DNA from: Octopus sinensis
Taxonomy: Eukaryota
Direction of reading: 5' to 3'
Assembly (NCBI RefSeq): GCF_006345805.1
Contig: NC_043004.1
Coordinates: 29,698,001 to 29,762,000, forward strand
DNA: 64,000 nucleotides
Positions 1 through 12,040 of this stretch are shown here, piece by piece (the first letter of the stretch is position 1; each line of letters starts with the position of its first letter). The position numbers were made by a program, and so were the translations under genes. Under the pieces are notes generated by a model, which saw only the letters and a list, made by a program, of their open reading frames with translations, was not told the DNA's origin and did not search any database.

Positions 1-120
1 GCTCAGCCACAATATATTATATTCCTATCTTACACAAGTATTTCTTTCTCTAGTATTTGTTTCTCTATCATGTCATTATTCTCATTTATCTGTCATATCA
101 CTAACCTTCCTTCCATCTAT

Positions 121-1165
121 TTTGTGTTGGAAGGTGTAGTGTTGTGAGTTGAAAAGATGTAGTGTTGTTTGTTATGTAGCTGGTATGTTCTGAGTTAGAA
201 AAGTGTAGTGTTGTGAGATAGGAAGGTGTGGAGCTGTGACATGGAAAGATGTGATTTGAGATTGAAAGGGGTGTAGTGTTGTGAGCTGAAAAGGTGAAGT
301 GTTGTTTGTTAGATAGCTGGTATGTTCTGAGTTAGAAAAGTGTAGTGTTGTGAGATAGGAAGGTGTGGTGCTGTGAGCTGGAAAGATGTGATTTGAGATT
401 GAAAGGGGTGTAGTGTTGTGAGCTGAAAAGGTGAAGTGTTGTGTGATAGGAAAGTGTATGCTTGGAGATAGGAAGGTTTAGTATTGTGAGTTGGGTAGGT
501 GTAGTGTTGTGAGTTAGGAAGGGGTAAGGTTTGTGTTGGAAGGTGTAGTGTTGTGAGTTGAAAAGATGTAGTGTTGTTTGTTAGGAAGCTGGTATGTTCT
601 GAGTTAGAAAAGTGTAGTGTTGTGAGATAGGAAGGTGTGGAGCTGTGAGCTGGAAAGATGTGATTTGAGATTGAAAGGGGTGTAGTGTTGTGAGCTGAAA
701 AGGTGAAGTGTTGTGAGATAGGAAGATGTATGCTTGGAGATAGGAAGGTTTAGTATTGTGAGTTGGGTAGGTGTAGTGTTGTGAGTTAGGAAGGGGTAGG
801 GTTGTGAGATAGTAAGGTGTGGTGCTGTGAGCTGGAAAGATGTGATTTGAAATTGAAAGGGGTGTAGTGTTGTGAGCTGAAAAGGTGAAGTGTTGTGAGA
901 TAGGAAGATGTATGCTTGGAGATAGGAAGGTTTAGTATTGTGAGTTGGGTAGGTGTAGTGTTGTGAGTTAGGAAGGGGTAGTGTTGTGAGATAGTAAGGG
1001 GTAGTGTTGAGAGTAGGAAAGGTATTGTGTTGTGGAAATTGTAGCTTTGTGAGTTGGGAAGGTGTTTTGAGATAGAATAAAAAGAGATAATGTAGTGAAT
1101 TGGGGAAAGTAGAGTGTTGTGTGATAGGAAGGTGTAGTTTTGTGAGTTGGGAAAGTGTAGATGTA
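121..1165. repeat. GT-rich minisatellite, about 21-bp unit with higher-order duplications
   Basis: Repeated variants of gttgtgagataggaaggtgtagt; longer blocks recur (e.g. gctggtatgttctgagttagaaaagtgtagtg near 180, 318 and 588). Confidence 0.9.
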
Positions 1166-1551
1166 TTGTTTTGTATATTGATACTATTGAAACAGTAGAG
1201 TAGATGTTATCAAGATTCTGGAAATATCATCTTAGAAGATGTTTCCGAGGACTTCTATTCATGCAAGTGGAAATGTCTGATGATATTCAGTGTCGAATGT
1301 GAATGATGTCAGTGGTGAAAGGCTAGAAATAAAATGGAACTCACTCAACTCTGTATGTAAACTTTAATTGACTGTTCATATATTCTTATGGTTATAGTTA
1401 CTTGATAGTTTGTGTCTCAGATAGTGTCCACCTGTTTGCAGGGAACATATGTTTGATGCATTTCTCATCTTATGTGCAGCTCCCAATCTAACTCCGTGGA
1501 ACTTATTTTAGTTTTATTCTGAGCATGATATGGATCTTTTATATCTGTTAT

Positions 1552-1892
1552 CTGTCACTTGTTTCAGTCATTTGACTATGGCCATGCTGGAGCATCACCT
1601 TGAATGGTCTTGGTCAAACAAATTGACCTCAGAACTTGTTTTTAAAGCTTGGTACTTATTCTATCAGTCTCCTTTGCTGAACTGTTAAGTTATGGAGACG
1701 TAAACACACTAACACAGGTTGTCAGGCAGTGGTGGAGGACAAACACAAAGACACACGCACATAGGTGCACACACTCACACACATGACTGACTTCTTTCAG
1801 TTTCTGTCTACCAAATCCACTCACAAAGCTTTGGTTGGCCCAAGGCTATAGTAGAAGACACTTGCCCAAGGTTCCATACAATGGGACTGAAC
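1552..1892 (-). mobile_element. tRNA-derived CORE-type SINE (octopus OR-like)
   Basis: Reverse complement matches the full copy at 19726-20170 (accttgggcaagtgtcttctactatagcc core; gactgaaacaagt tail). Confidence 0.85.
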
Positions 1893-2442
1893 CTGAAACC
1901 ATGTAGTTTTGAAGCAAGCTTCTTACCACACAGCCATACCTGCACCTATAATTTAAATATTTGATCTATAAGCTTTAATATTTGTCAACATTGTTGGTTA
2001 CCTATTTAATAAGAATAAAAACGAAGGATTATCAAGAACCAATATATTGTGTATAAGAAACTATGGCATTACAACCAGCCAGGAACAGTCTTCGCTACAT
2101 TTGCGGTACCTGCCAGAGGGAGTGTTTGTCCAGGATAGGACTACACAGCCACAGCAGGAAATGTATCAGGACATGAAATGTAAAAGCCGGACTAGACTAC
2201 TTTATGCGCAACTCCATTGTCTCGGGAGACAAAAAGGATCCCAACCAATATTGTGTATATCCTTTGTTATATTATATTGTGAACTGAGTCTGTATAAATT
2301 GCTACCCTGAGTTTATTGTTCCCAATCTGGAACAGGAATGAGAAACTCCTGGCATTGATTCCCATAGACTCAGCTTTGAATGAAGATTATTCAGTTCCAT
2401 TTATCAGTAATAAAATACTTTCTTTTGTGTATTTACTTATAA

Positions 2443-2668
2443 GGCGGCGAGCTGGCAGAAACGTTAGCACGCCGGGCGAAATGCGTAGCCGTATTTCGTC
2501 TGCCGTTATGTTCTGGGTTCAAATTCCGCCGAGGTCGACTTTGCCTTTCATCCTTTCGGGGTCGATAAATTAAGTACCAGTTACGCACTGGGGTCGATGT
2601 AATCGACTTAATCCGTTTGTCCTTGTTTGTCCCCTCTGTGTTTAGCCCCTTGTGGGTAGTAAAGAAAT
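2443..2668 (+). mobile_element. tRNA-derived SINE, young full-length copy
   Basis: ggcggcgagctggcagaaacgttagc head, B-box-like ggttcaaattcc, central gactttgcctttcatcctttcggggtcgataaattaagtaccag. Related copies at 58992-59465, 63891-64000 and on the minus strand at 27715-28880 and 37190-37380. Confidence 0.9.
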
Positions 2669-2744
2669 ATATTTACTTGTTACACCAGCGTGATACCACC
2701 ATCCATCATCTTTTGTTTGTTGTCTGCTTTAATATTTTTATCTT

Positions 2745-3140
2745 TCATCTTTTACTTGTTTCAGTTATTAGACTGGGGCTCTGCCGGGGCCATTGCCTTG
2801 AAGAATTTTTAGTCAAAGGAATCAACACCAGTATTTATGCTTTGAAGCTTGACACTTATTTAAATCATTGGTGTCTTTTGCCAAACCGCTAAGTTACGGG
2901 GACTTAAAAACACACCAATATCAGTTGTTAAGCAGTGGCTGGGGCAGACACAAAGACACGCATGCACCTACACACACAAACACACACACACACACACACA
3001 CTTCTTTCAGTTTCTGGCTATCAAATCTACTCACAATGCTCTAGGCTGTTCAAGGCTATAGTAGAAGACACTTGCCCAAGGTGCCAGGCAGCGAGATTGA
3101 ACCCAGAACCATGTTGCTGGGAAGCAAGCTTCTTACCATG
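2745..3140 (-). mobile_element. CORE-type SINE
   Basis: Same family as 19726-20170, with an internal (CA)n tract. Confidence 0.85.
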
Positions 3141-3329
3141 CCATTTAGTTTCTATCTTTTATTTCTCATACAGTTAATCCTGACCAGAGCTGTCACTCAC
3201 AAATAACTGTGACCTTGTTGCATGTACCATGCTTTTGCTAATTGATTGAGGTGCCTGTATAGTCACAAATAGATACAGATGCCCGCTTCACCCACCCATC
3301 TTTGAATCAGTGGAGCAGCTGGAGAGAGA

Positions 3330-3490
3330 AAGTGCTGCACCAGTTCTTGGTTGATATTCATTTACAGCTGAGTAAACTGGATCATGTGAAATATAGTACT
3401 TTCTTCAAGGATACAATGTGTTATCTGGCCCTGGAATTGAACCTACAACTTCATGATTGTGAACCCAACACCAGAACTACTAGGCCACAT
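3330..3490 (-). mobile_element. Degenerate tRNA-derived SINE fragment
   Basis: tttacagctgagtaaactgg...ctggaattgaacctacaact resembles the copy at 34628-34968. Confidence 0.6.
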
Positions 3491-3534
3491 TCAAGCTTAA
3501 TATTAATGTCTATTCTTTGATGTTGACACTTCTC

Positions 3535-3870
3535 ACTTGTAAAACCTTTATATTTTACCATTAAAACTGTGTAAAAACCTTCATATTCCTCTATTAAAAA
3601 CACTTGTAAAACCTTCTCCACATTTCCACCATTAAAACCTTATGAAACCTTCTCCATGTTTCACCATTAAGATCTTGTAAAATGTTCTTCATATTCCACT
3701 ATTAAAAATTTATAAAACCTTCTCTATATTTCTACCATTAAAGTCTTACAAAACTTTCTCCATATTTCACCATTAAAACCTTGTAAAACTCTCTTCGTGT
3801 TTTGACATTAAAACCTTCTCCATTAAAATCTTTTATAACCTTCTTTATATTCCACCATTAAAAATTACAA
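3535..3870. repeat. Minisatellite, about 38-40-bp unit
   Basis: About 8 diverged repeats of ccaccattaaaaccttgtaaaaccttctccatatt. Confidence 0.85.
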
Positions 3871-4018
3871 ACTGCTTTTGCCCTACTACACTTAACTATA
3901 TTTAGTTTAAAGTTTGGTAAAAAGGAATATATAACTGTTATTATCAAAGTTATTGTTCATATATATTCATAACTTCTACAATAATTGTTAACATTTCTTC
4001 AAATATATATTTTATCAG

Positions 4019-4713
4019 ATATGGAATACTTGTTTGGTGGAAAGAATTTGGAACCAAAAGCAAAAATATCTGGAAAAAGGGTTGTTTGGACATCAGATGA
4101 ACTTAGCATATTAAGGAGTGAACAGGAAAGTGTCAAGAAAGAAAATACAGAAATGAAAGTCAGATTACAAAAGCAGGAAACTTATATTAAACAGCTAGAA
4201 GGGAAGGCTACTGTCCTTACAACGATATCAAATGAAGCTCTAGAAAATATATCAAACTTGAAAAAAGTGAATGAACAACAGCATATATATATTACATCTC
4301 TAAAGACAGAACTGAAGTCAGCAAATTCAACTATAGAGTGTTTATACAAAATTAACAGTGAACTATCAGAAGAATGGGAGAAACTCTTGAAGAAGTCTTC
4401 TGAGTTGAAAGTATTATTAAATAAAAAACAAAATGAATATGAAAAAATTGTTAAACAGTTGGAGAATACCAAATTAGATTTATCAAAAAAACTGGAATTA
4501 AATATTGAAAAATTAAAAGCTACATACAAAAGTAAGTTGGAATTATTAAGTGATCAACTGAATAATTATCAAAGTAAATATCTTTCTGAACATCAACAAC
4601 ATAGTGTCTCTAAAAAAGAATTGCAAAATCTTGTGCAGCATTTCCTCAAGCTATCTTCAAATTCTGATCAAGTTCCACCAGACCAAGTACAACGTTTTCA
4701 CTATGCTTTATGA
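4019..4713 (+). CDS. Probable terminal coding exon of a coiled-coil protein, CCDC160-like
   Basis: Acceptor tttatcag|AT then ATG at 4021, open to TGA at 4711-4713 (about 230 aa). Heptad-rich K/E/L/Q sequence. WTSDELSILR and the C-terminal Y..KL..L...L.......SE...H.....EL..L..HF pattern resemble CCDC160 homologues (from memory, needs BLAST). No upstream exon seen in the window. Confidence 0.75.
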
Positions 4714-5178
4714 TTTGGTTTTCTAAGCTGTGTGATAAAGAAATTCACTTTGAAATTATATGGTTTTGTGTTCCAATCCACTGCTCAACACCTTGGGCAG
4801 GTCTCCTATACTATTACTGGTTGAGGACCAAGCAGGCCTTAATACACACACATGTGAGTGAATGTGCGTATATAGTGTGTTATATAGATATATAGATAGA
4901 TCAAAACAGTTTGATTCAGTTGAGTTCTCTTCTTTCGTTTTTCTACTGACTTGTATATATATATGTATGTGTGTGTATGTGTGTGTGCGTGTGTATATAT
5001 ACAGTTTGAATTTACAGAAAACAAAAGATGAAGACAGGTCAGGGAATAACAAGCTGGTATGATTTATTTTTAAAGTCTTTGAAAATAAACCATCTAAAAG
5101 ACTTCCAGTGCATTTTCATCTTCTTTTTTCTATATTTCTACCTGTGTTGAATAACATAACTTTCTTTTCTCCCCCCCC

Positions 5179-5210
<32 letters not shown>

Positions 5211-5491
5211 TGGTATTTTATATAAGCTTACAGCTTATGGTAATCACCGTGCAATGACTAAGGGAAATAGTCTAATAACAGGGCATATAAGGCTTTCCTA
5301 TTCGCATCCCATGTGGATAGGAAAGCCTTCTTTTTTCTGTCAAGGGCTTTTATGCCCCTTTATTAGACTATTTTCCTTAGTCATTGCACGGTGATCACCA
5401 TAAGCTTTAAGTTTATATAAAAATACCATTATTATTATTTACAGGATTGTAAAATATGGCACTGTGTAACAAAACCATTCGCACTGAAACC

Positions 5492-5494
<3 letters not shown>
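5211..5494. mobile_element. Fold-back (palindromic) element with one-sided tail, between (TA)n tracts
   Basis: 5211-5428 is an imperfect inverted repeat (tggtattttatataagctt...aagtttatataaaaatacca) with a nested hairpin aaggctttcctattcgcat/atgtggataggaaagcctt. About 65-bp tail at 5429-5494. Confidence 0.75.
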
Positions 5495-5540
<46 letters not shown>

Positions 5541-5547
5541 CACACAC

Positions 5548-5692
5548 ACCAGAATAAGCACATAAATCTGAAACAAGGTGGAAAAAATAGTACTTGAATA
5601 CTAGAGGTAGAGTAATATGCTTTATTAATAAAGCTGTGAAGACATCACAAAAACTGTTACTTCTGAGTAACAGCTTTTGTGATGCCTTTGCA
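5548..5692. mobile_element. Penelope-like short element ending in a fold-back at the hammerhead stem III
   Basis: ataagcacataaatctgaaacaaggtgg is shared with the element starting near 35100. The hairpin at 5635-5692 is centred on tctgagtaacag, the stem III/cleavage segment of the core at 35770-35807. Confidence 0.65.
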
Positions 5693-5949
5693 TATATATA
5701 TAAATGTATTGTTTTTTTTCTTTCGAACAATTGCTTGAAAGTGCTCAGGTTGAACCTGAGACACTAGACATTATATAACTTGGTTTAAGAAGAGATAAAA
5801 TTTAGATAATCATTCTATAGTTATGATTTACATCAACATAATAAATACATATAACACAATAAATACATATAACACCAAGACAAGGAACATATCAATATGT
5901 TAGAAATAAAAAATACATGAAGTAAAAATATTTGTGGAAAGGATAACTA

Positions 5950-7921
5950 AAGAGTGATGCATCAATTAAAAATCATTTTGAATTGAAGATGAAAAATGTT
6001 ATTAAGAATTAATAACATTAATAAGAATTAAAAAATGAATTAAGAATTAAAAGTTGTAAGATAGATCAACGGCAGTGAGAAATCTTAATGATGGATTTAA
6101 AAGTCAGTAGTATTGCTCAAGAATTCCATCTTGCATTACTTAAGTTGGGTATTTTTTTAAACTTTACAGTCGGAAATTTTCCAGTTTTTTCAAAGAAACA
6201 AAAAATTCTGGTCAAATGAAATAGAAATTTCATGTTGTCTCGCTATCCTGCTGATTCAGTAATCTTTCTGGGATAAATGTATATTCAATTTTGAGAGATG
6301 GCTTTTTTCTCCTTGTTTATTATCCATTACAACGCAAAGGACTCTATCAAGGATATGATGCTGACAACCAATAAACTGCAGTTCTTTCAAGCTCCTTTGA
6401 GCAGACAGTCTTTGCAACTGAATGACAATGCTATTTCTTTTCCCACTGTTCACACTCGTTGTATCAGCGACAATTATCTTTACACAGTTTCATAAATTGT
6501 ATTTATCTAAAACAGCTGTTATTCCTTTCACAACAGTCTTGGCTTTTCTGTTTGGTGATTGAAGTGCTTCTAACTTAACTTCTCCCTGTTCATTCTTTAA
6601 AACTAGCACTTGGTATTCTTGGTCATCAATATGTTTACCATCAAAATGCAATGACCAGTTTTCTAAATGTAACGTTTTCTTCATTTTCTTTTTCAGTTTA
6701 ACAGCTTTTTTGATAGTCGATCTGTAAATACCAGATTGGGAAGGAATCTCAACATTGATTCCATCTTGAGATAATTGTCGACAAACTGTTGCTGCTTTTT
6801 GGGTTGGTAGCATGGAAGATATTACTAACTTGGTTGCAGTTCCAGTTTTGCTATACTTCCTCCTTGTTTGTGTGAATTCTTCATCTGATTTTTAGGACTC
6901 TTGATTTTCACTTTCAGTCTTTGCTTCAGACATTGACAATGACACTGCAGTTGCTTTGGTTGAAGTTGGCATTAAGGACACTTTTCTTCTTTTGGATGGA
7001 GGAATAGTTTTGGAACTGGCTACCTTTCCAGTTCCATACCCAACCTGTACCTTGCTTTCAATTTTAAGATAGTATAACCTTCTATCCTCACTGCACAGCC
7101 ATTCACCGTTTTCCTTTGTGATTTCAAAAATTCCTTTCAATGAATCGTATTTTCCTAATTTTACACATTTATCGTAGGTATTCAGCACTTTTTCTACTTT
7201 TGCTTGTACATTTTGAATTGATAAATATGGGAAATTTAATTTCTTTTGCCAAAAAAGTTACTTCTTTCAAAACTTCCTTTGTTCTTTCTTTCGTTCCTTT
7301 GATAGTGCCTCTTAGGAACAGGTAGCGACCGACAATTTGAAGTTTCATTGGGATCCTGCAGTTATTTTCCAAAGAATGCTCTTCTAGAGGAACAGGTCTT
7401 CTTTTCCTATGTGAGTCTTGAAATTGCACGAGATTCTTCGTCCAGATTTTTCTGTTTCTTTGAGTGACACTAGCACTTCTCTTATAAGGCATTATTTTAG
7501 ATACTCTAGTTGGATAAGCTTACTATTTTGAAAAACAGTTAATATAGTCAGAGTTTTTAGCGTCACAGAAATAAAAAGGAGAAGAAGAGGATATTTCCTA
7601 AAGTATGGCCTAAGTGGTAACAAATTAAAAACTCTATAACCTACTTAAACTTGAAAGCTGAACTTTGAGATATACTGCTTCTGCATTGCATTAAGTCAGC
7701 ACACCCAGTCTGGCAAAAACTTGAGTAGGTATTATGAACCCTGCCCTAGAATTTTGCATGATTTGGGTTAAAAGTGGTGTTAGATTTCTTCAGTTAAGGG
7801 TTACCTTTTTTAAAAAAAAATTAAAATAAAGGTTATTTTCCCTACATATGTGAAATTGTTCATTGACTTTTGATACAGCAAATTGTTTACTTCCAAAAAA
7901 ATCAAAAAGTCATAACCCTAA
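5950..7921 (-). mobile_element. Decayed DNA transposon, hAT/hATm-like transposase remnant
   Basis: Frameshifted ORFs 7169-7492, 6892-7188, 6490-6813 (WSLHFDGK motif) and 6256-6453 (IGCQHHILD, CxxH motif). Terminus reads TTAGGGTT on the minus strand at 7921. The other terminus was not found and the left boundary is approximate. Confidence 0.7.
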
Positions 7922-9720
7922 TGAACATATAACATCCCTTCGTCTAAAAAAAAGATGTTTTGGCAATTAAAAGAAAATAGAAGTAAATCTTCCCTACTCC
8001 AGTGGATTGTCAGAGCAAAGATGGCAATCATGCAGTAGAGATTATTGTGCCCACACGCATGGTTTTCTGCTTCCTAATCTAAGCAAAATTAGTTATTATT
8101 TATCTTTTTTTTTTTTCAGTGGTATCGAATCAGTGGTAAGATATTGGGTCTCCATCTAGTAGACTTTAGTGTGCTCTGTGCTGATGTCTGAGGTGTTGTG
8201 CATGATGTTGATGTGTTGTTGGGTTGTTGGTGGGTGTTGATGCCTGTTGAGGTGATGAGTCTGTGGAAGCACACATTCTGTATGTGTCATCATCTGTTGT
8301 AGGTGTTGTAGTTCTTGTTGATGTTGCAGGTGTTGGGTGGATGTGGTCCCTGTTTCGTCTCAGCTGCCTACCAGATTCAGTCTCTATAATGCATAATCTT
8401 GGAGTTTTGGCTCTACTGATAACTTGTGCTGGGATCCATGTTTTGGTTATAGGATCTTGAGTATGCACATGTTGTCCTCCAAGTATCTCAGGTAAGTATT
8501 GTGCATGTTTGTTATAATATTTCTGTCCTTGCTCTTGAGTGGCTGCTAGCTTTGCTCCTGTGTCTTCCTGGTCAATAGGAGGTTGAATCTTTGTTGGCTG
8601 GATGATTTTGTATTTCCTACCATTCAACATTTCTGCTGGGGGACTCCATGTCAGCCCTCAGTGGTGTTGCTCATAAGGACAGAAGTGCCAGGTGTGGATC
8701 TTCCGTAGTTTCCCAGCATTTGATTAGTGTTTTCTTGACTGTCTGCACCTGTCTTTCTATGAATCCATGACCTTTGGGGTAGTGTGGTAATGAGGTTATG
8801 ATGTTGAACCCATACTCATTGGCTAGTTTTTTTTTAATTCCTGAGATGTGAATTGGGTCCCATTATCACATATGATCTCCTCAGGTATTCCTTGCTCTTC
8901 TAGCAGTCTTGGTAGATTTAATCTACTTGGTGTTGGAAGACATCTTGGCTCACCTTCGACTCAAATGGGAGTCAGTTGAATATGTATCTGCCAATGGTGT
9001 GTTGAAGGTAGTGAGCATGGATGATTCTTGATCTATTTTTATATTTCAGTACCCATTTCTGGCATCTAGTTTGCAGAATATCATAGATCCAGCTAAAGAT
9101 GATGTGATTTCTTCAGGGTTGAAATTTGATAGTAGTCTCGTTTTAATGCTTTGTTCAGATCCCTGGGGTCAAGGCATATTCATAGGGTGCCAGTGAGTTT
9201 TTCCTTAATTACAATTGAGTTCAGCCAGTTGGTTGGTTGTGCGACTTTGGTGATTATTTATTTTTTTTCCATTTTGTCCAACTCTGTTTTTAGCTTCTCT
9301 CTTAATTCTAGCAGAACACAGCAAGATGGGTGGACAACTGGCTTGATGTTGAGATCAACTGTTTTCATCTTTATTTTTAATTGGCAGTCAGTCTTTGATA
9401 GGCATATCTTTGTCAATCCTCCCGGGGACTGTCTTCACTTCACTGTTGAGCTTTTGGCAGGTATTAAATCTGAGAATTGCAGGTTCTTCTGTTTTTGTAA
9501 CATAAAAAAAGAACACTTGATTTTTTTTTTTTTTTTGCCCAGTTGTGGAATCCTGGTGCCTTCATATGCAATCAGGACTGCACCACTTGGTGTGAAGATT
9601 CCTCCTTTGACCTTATCTGCTTGTGTCATGTGTTCTGGGAACATCTTTTTGTAGAGAGGTGGTATTAATCAGTGTCATCAACAAACCCCACTATATAGCA
9701 GCTGACCACCTGTTAGATTC
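7922..9720 (-). mobile_element. Gypsy/Ty3 LTR retrotransposon remnant (protease/RT fragments, integrase)
   Basis: Minus strand 8640-8900 encodes GIPEEIICDNGTQFTSQE...PHYPKGHGFIERQVQTVKK (rve integrase); ORF 8166-8630 is the integrase C-terminus. A PPT-like gacgaaggga followed by TGTTAT at 7934 marks a probable 3' LTR start. Confidence 0.85.
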
Positions 9721-10029
9721 AGAATTTATTGAGGAGTGTCAGGTCTTGAATGAAGTAGAACAAAGAGATATACTACCATCCTTAAATCTGCTGAATGAAT
9801 GACCATCCTTAAAACTGGCAGAATGAATGGCAATTAAATCCATCACCACTAACACCATCCCCATATCTTCCTCTACTACCATCACCTACCTCCCCATACC
9901 AAGTACATATAGCAATACATAGCTAGATTGGCCTTCATGCTGGCAGGAAGGGATAAACATCCCTCTGTGATTCATCCAATTATGCAGCATTGCCTGATGA
10001 AGTGGATCAATGATGATGCCCACAGATAA

Positions 10030-10238
10030 TACTCTTTTACTTGTTTCAGTCATTTTACTGCGGCCATGCTGGAGCACTGCCTTTAGTCTAGCAAATTAAC
10101 CCCCAGGAGTTATTCTTTGTAAGCCTAGTACTTATTCTATTGGTCTCCTTTGCCGAACTGCTAAGTTACAGGGACATAAACACCATCGGTTGTCAAGCAA
10201 TGTTGGGGGGACAAACACAGACACACAAACATATACAC

Positions 10239-10310
<72 letters not shown>

Positions 10311-10431
10311 TCCATAGGTTGGGATTTTGTTATTTTCTTCCTTTTTTGCCATATACAGGTTACAAATTCTGTTTGTTTGTGGAGACTTTTTATTAGTAGG
10401 AGAAATAGTGATCAATTTGGCTGCTATTTCT

Positions 10432-10489
<58 letters not shown>

Positions 10490-10690
10490 TACAACGGGCT
10501 TCTTTCAGTTTCCGTCTACCAAATCTACTCACAAGGCTTTGGTCGGCCTGAGGGTATAGGACTTAAGCCTAGTACTTATTATATCGGACTCATGCCAAAC
10601 CACTAAGTTACAGTGACGTAAATACACCAATGTCAGTTGTCAAGCAATGGTAGTGGTGGGGAAACACAGACACACAAATACATACATTGC
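10030..10690 (-). mobile_element. CORE-type SINE copies with a ~130-bp insert in the internal (TA)n
   Basis: Tail and body match 19726-20170 in reverse. Unrelated insert at 10305-10435. A second partial copy lies at 10557-10687. Confidence 0.85.
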
Positions 10691-10789
10691 CACTGCTGGT
10701 GTGAAAGAATAGTAATTCTAATAATGTGATAGAATTGGGCACCGCGAAACAGCAAAATATATACACATACTTATCTATAATATATATAT

Positions 10790-11140
10790 AGGTGCAAGAG
10801 TAGCTGTGGGGTAAGAAGCTTGCTTCCCAACCACATGGTTCCGGGTTCAGTCCCACTTTAGGCACATTGGGCAACTGGCTCCTGTGCAGGTGGCACGTAA
10901 AAGGGCACCATTGGAGCATGGCCGTAGCCAGTACTGTCTGACTGGCCCTTGTGCTGGTGGTACGTAAAAGCACCCACTACACTCTCAGGGTGGTTGGCAT
11001 TAGGAAGGGCATCCAGCTGTAGAAATTCTGCCAGATCAAGATTGGAGCCTGGTGCAACCATCTGGTTCGCCAGTCCTCAGTCAAATTGTCCAACCCATGC
11101 TAGCATGGAAAGCAGACGTTAAACGATCATGATGATGATG
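10790..11140 (+). mobile_element. SINE head fused to the (GAT)n-tailed repeat
   Basis: tRNA-like head (ggttccgggttcagtccc), then ggtggcacgtaaaagcacccactacactctc...ccaacccatgctagcatggaaagcagacgttaaacgatcatgatgatg. Confidence 0.85.
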
Positions 11141-11289
11141 ATTCCTACAGAAACCTTCATTTACCTTATATGATTTTAATGTCATTTCACATTCATGTTG
11201 AATTATGCAGCAATCTTATGTTCTCTTCATAGATCACTTGTAATGTATTACCAGTTCTTTTGGCATAGTAGATTTTTTGCTATTCTTGG

Positions 11290-11343
11290 GTTGACCAAAG
11301 CCTTGTGAGTGGATCTGGTTGACAGAAACTGAAAGAAGCCTGT

Positions 11344-11416
<73 letters not shown>

Positions 11417-11620
11417 TTGTGTGTCTGTGTTTTCCCCCACCACCATTGCTTGACAACCGATGTTGGTGTGTTTATGTTACTGTAACTTAGTAGTTTGGCA
11501 TGAGTCCGATAGAATAAGTACTAGGCTTAAGTCCTGTGGTTGATTTGTTTGACTAAAGGCAGTGTTCCAGCATGGCCACAGTCAAATGACTGAAATAAGT
11601 AAAAGAAAGAATAAAAGAAT
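11290..11620 (+). mobile_element. CORE-type SINE, 5'-truncated
   Basis: gaccaaagccttgtgagtggat...(TA)n...gactgaaataagtaaaaga. Confidence 0.85.
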
Positions 11621-12040
11621 ACATATATACATACACATACACACTCATACACTCACTAAGTAGCATTATATTAAATATCATCCATCGAAACTTGTTTTTG
11701 TTTCTTCCTTTCATCCTTTAGCTCACTACAGCCTGTACCACCTCATAGATCCCCTGATATTTGTTATTTGCATAAACAAGTACAAGTATACTGGTTAAAA
11801 AATATACACATGGTTACAGAGACATTTGTTTCTCCTTCCTAAATGAGATTAAGGGATTTGTATGAAATATTGGACCAAGTGTTAAACAAGATAGTCACAT
11901 ATAGTAGTAGCTGTTCAGTTTGGATAAATAAAATCCCTTGTCTCAGGATGTAAAATGACAATGTCAAAGTCTAGGATGTTATTAATATAACTGTTGTCTA
12001 GTAATGGACTGAGGCAACCAGCATATCTGGGTGATATCCC

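Noticed and set aside
1272-1320. CTGATGA matches here and near 9995, 17690, 26780, 44410 and 61861
   Set aside because: No correctly placed GAAA with stem III and stem I pairing; chance heptamers.
4182-4529. 115-aa minus-strand ORF
   Set aside because: Antisense shadow of the coiled-coil exon.
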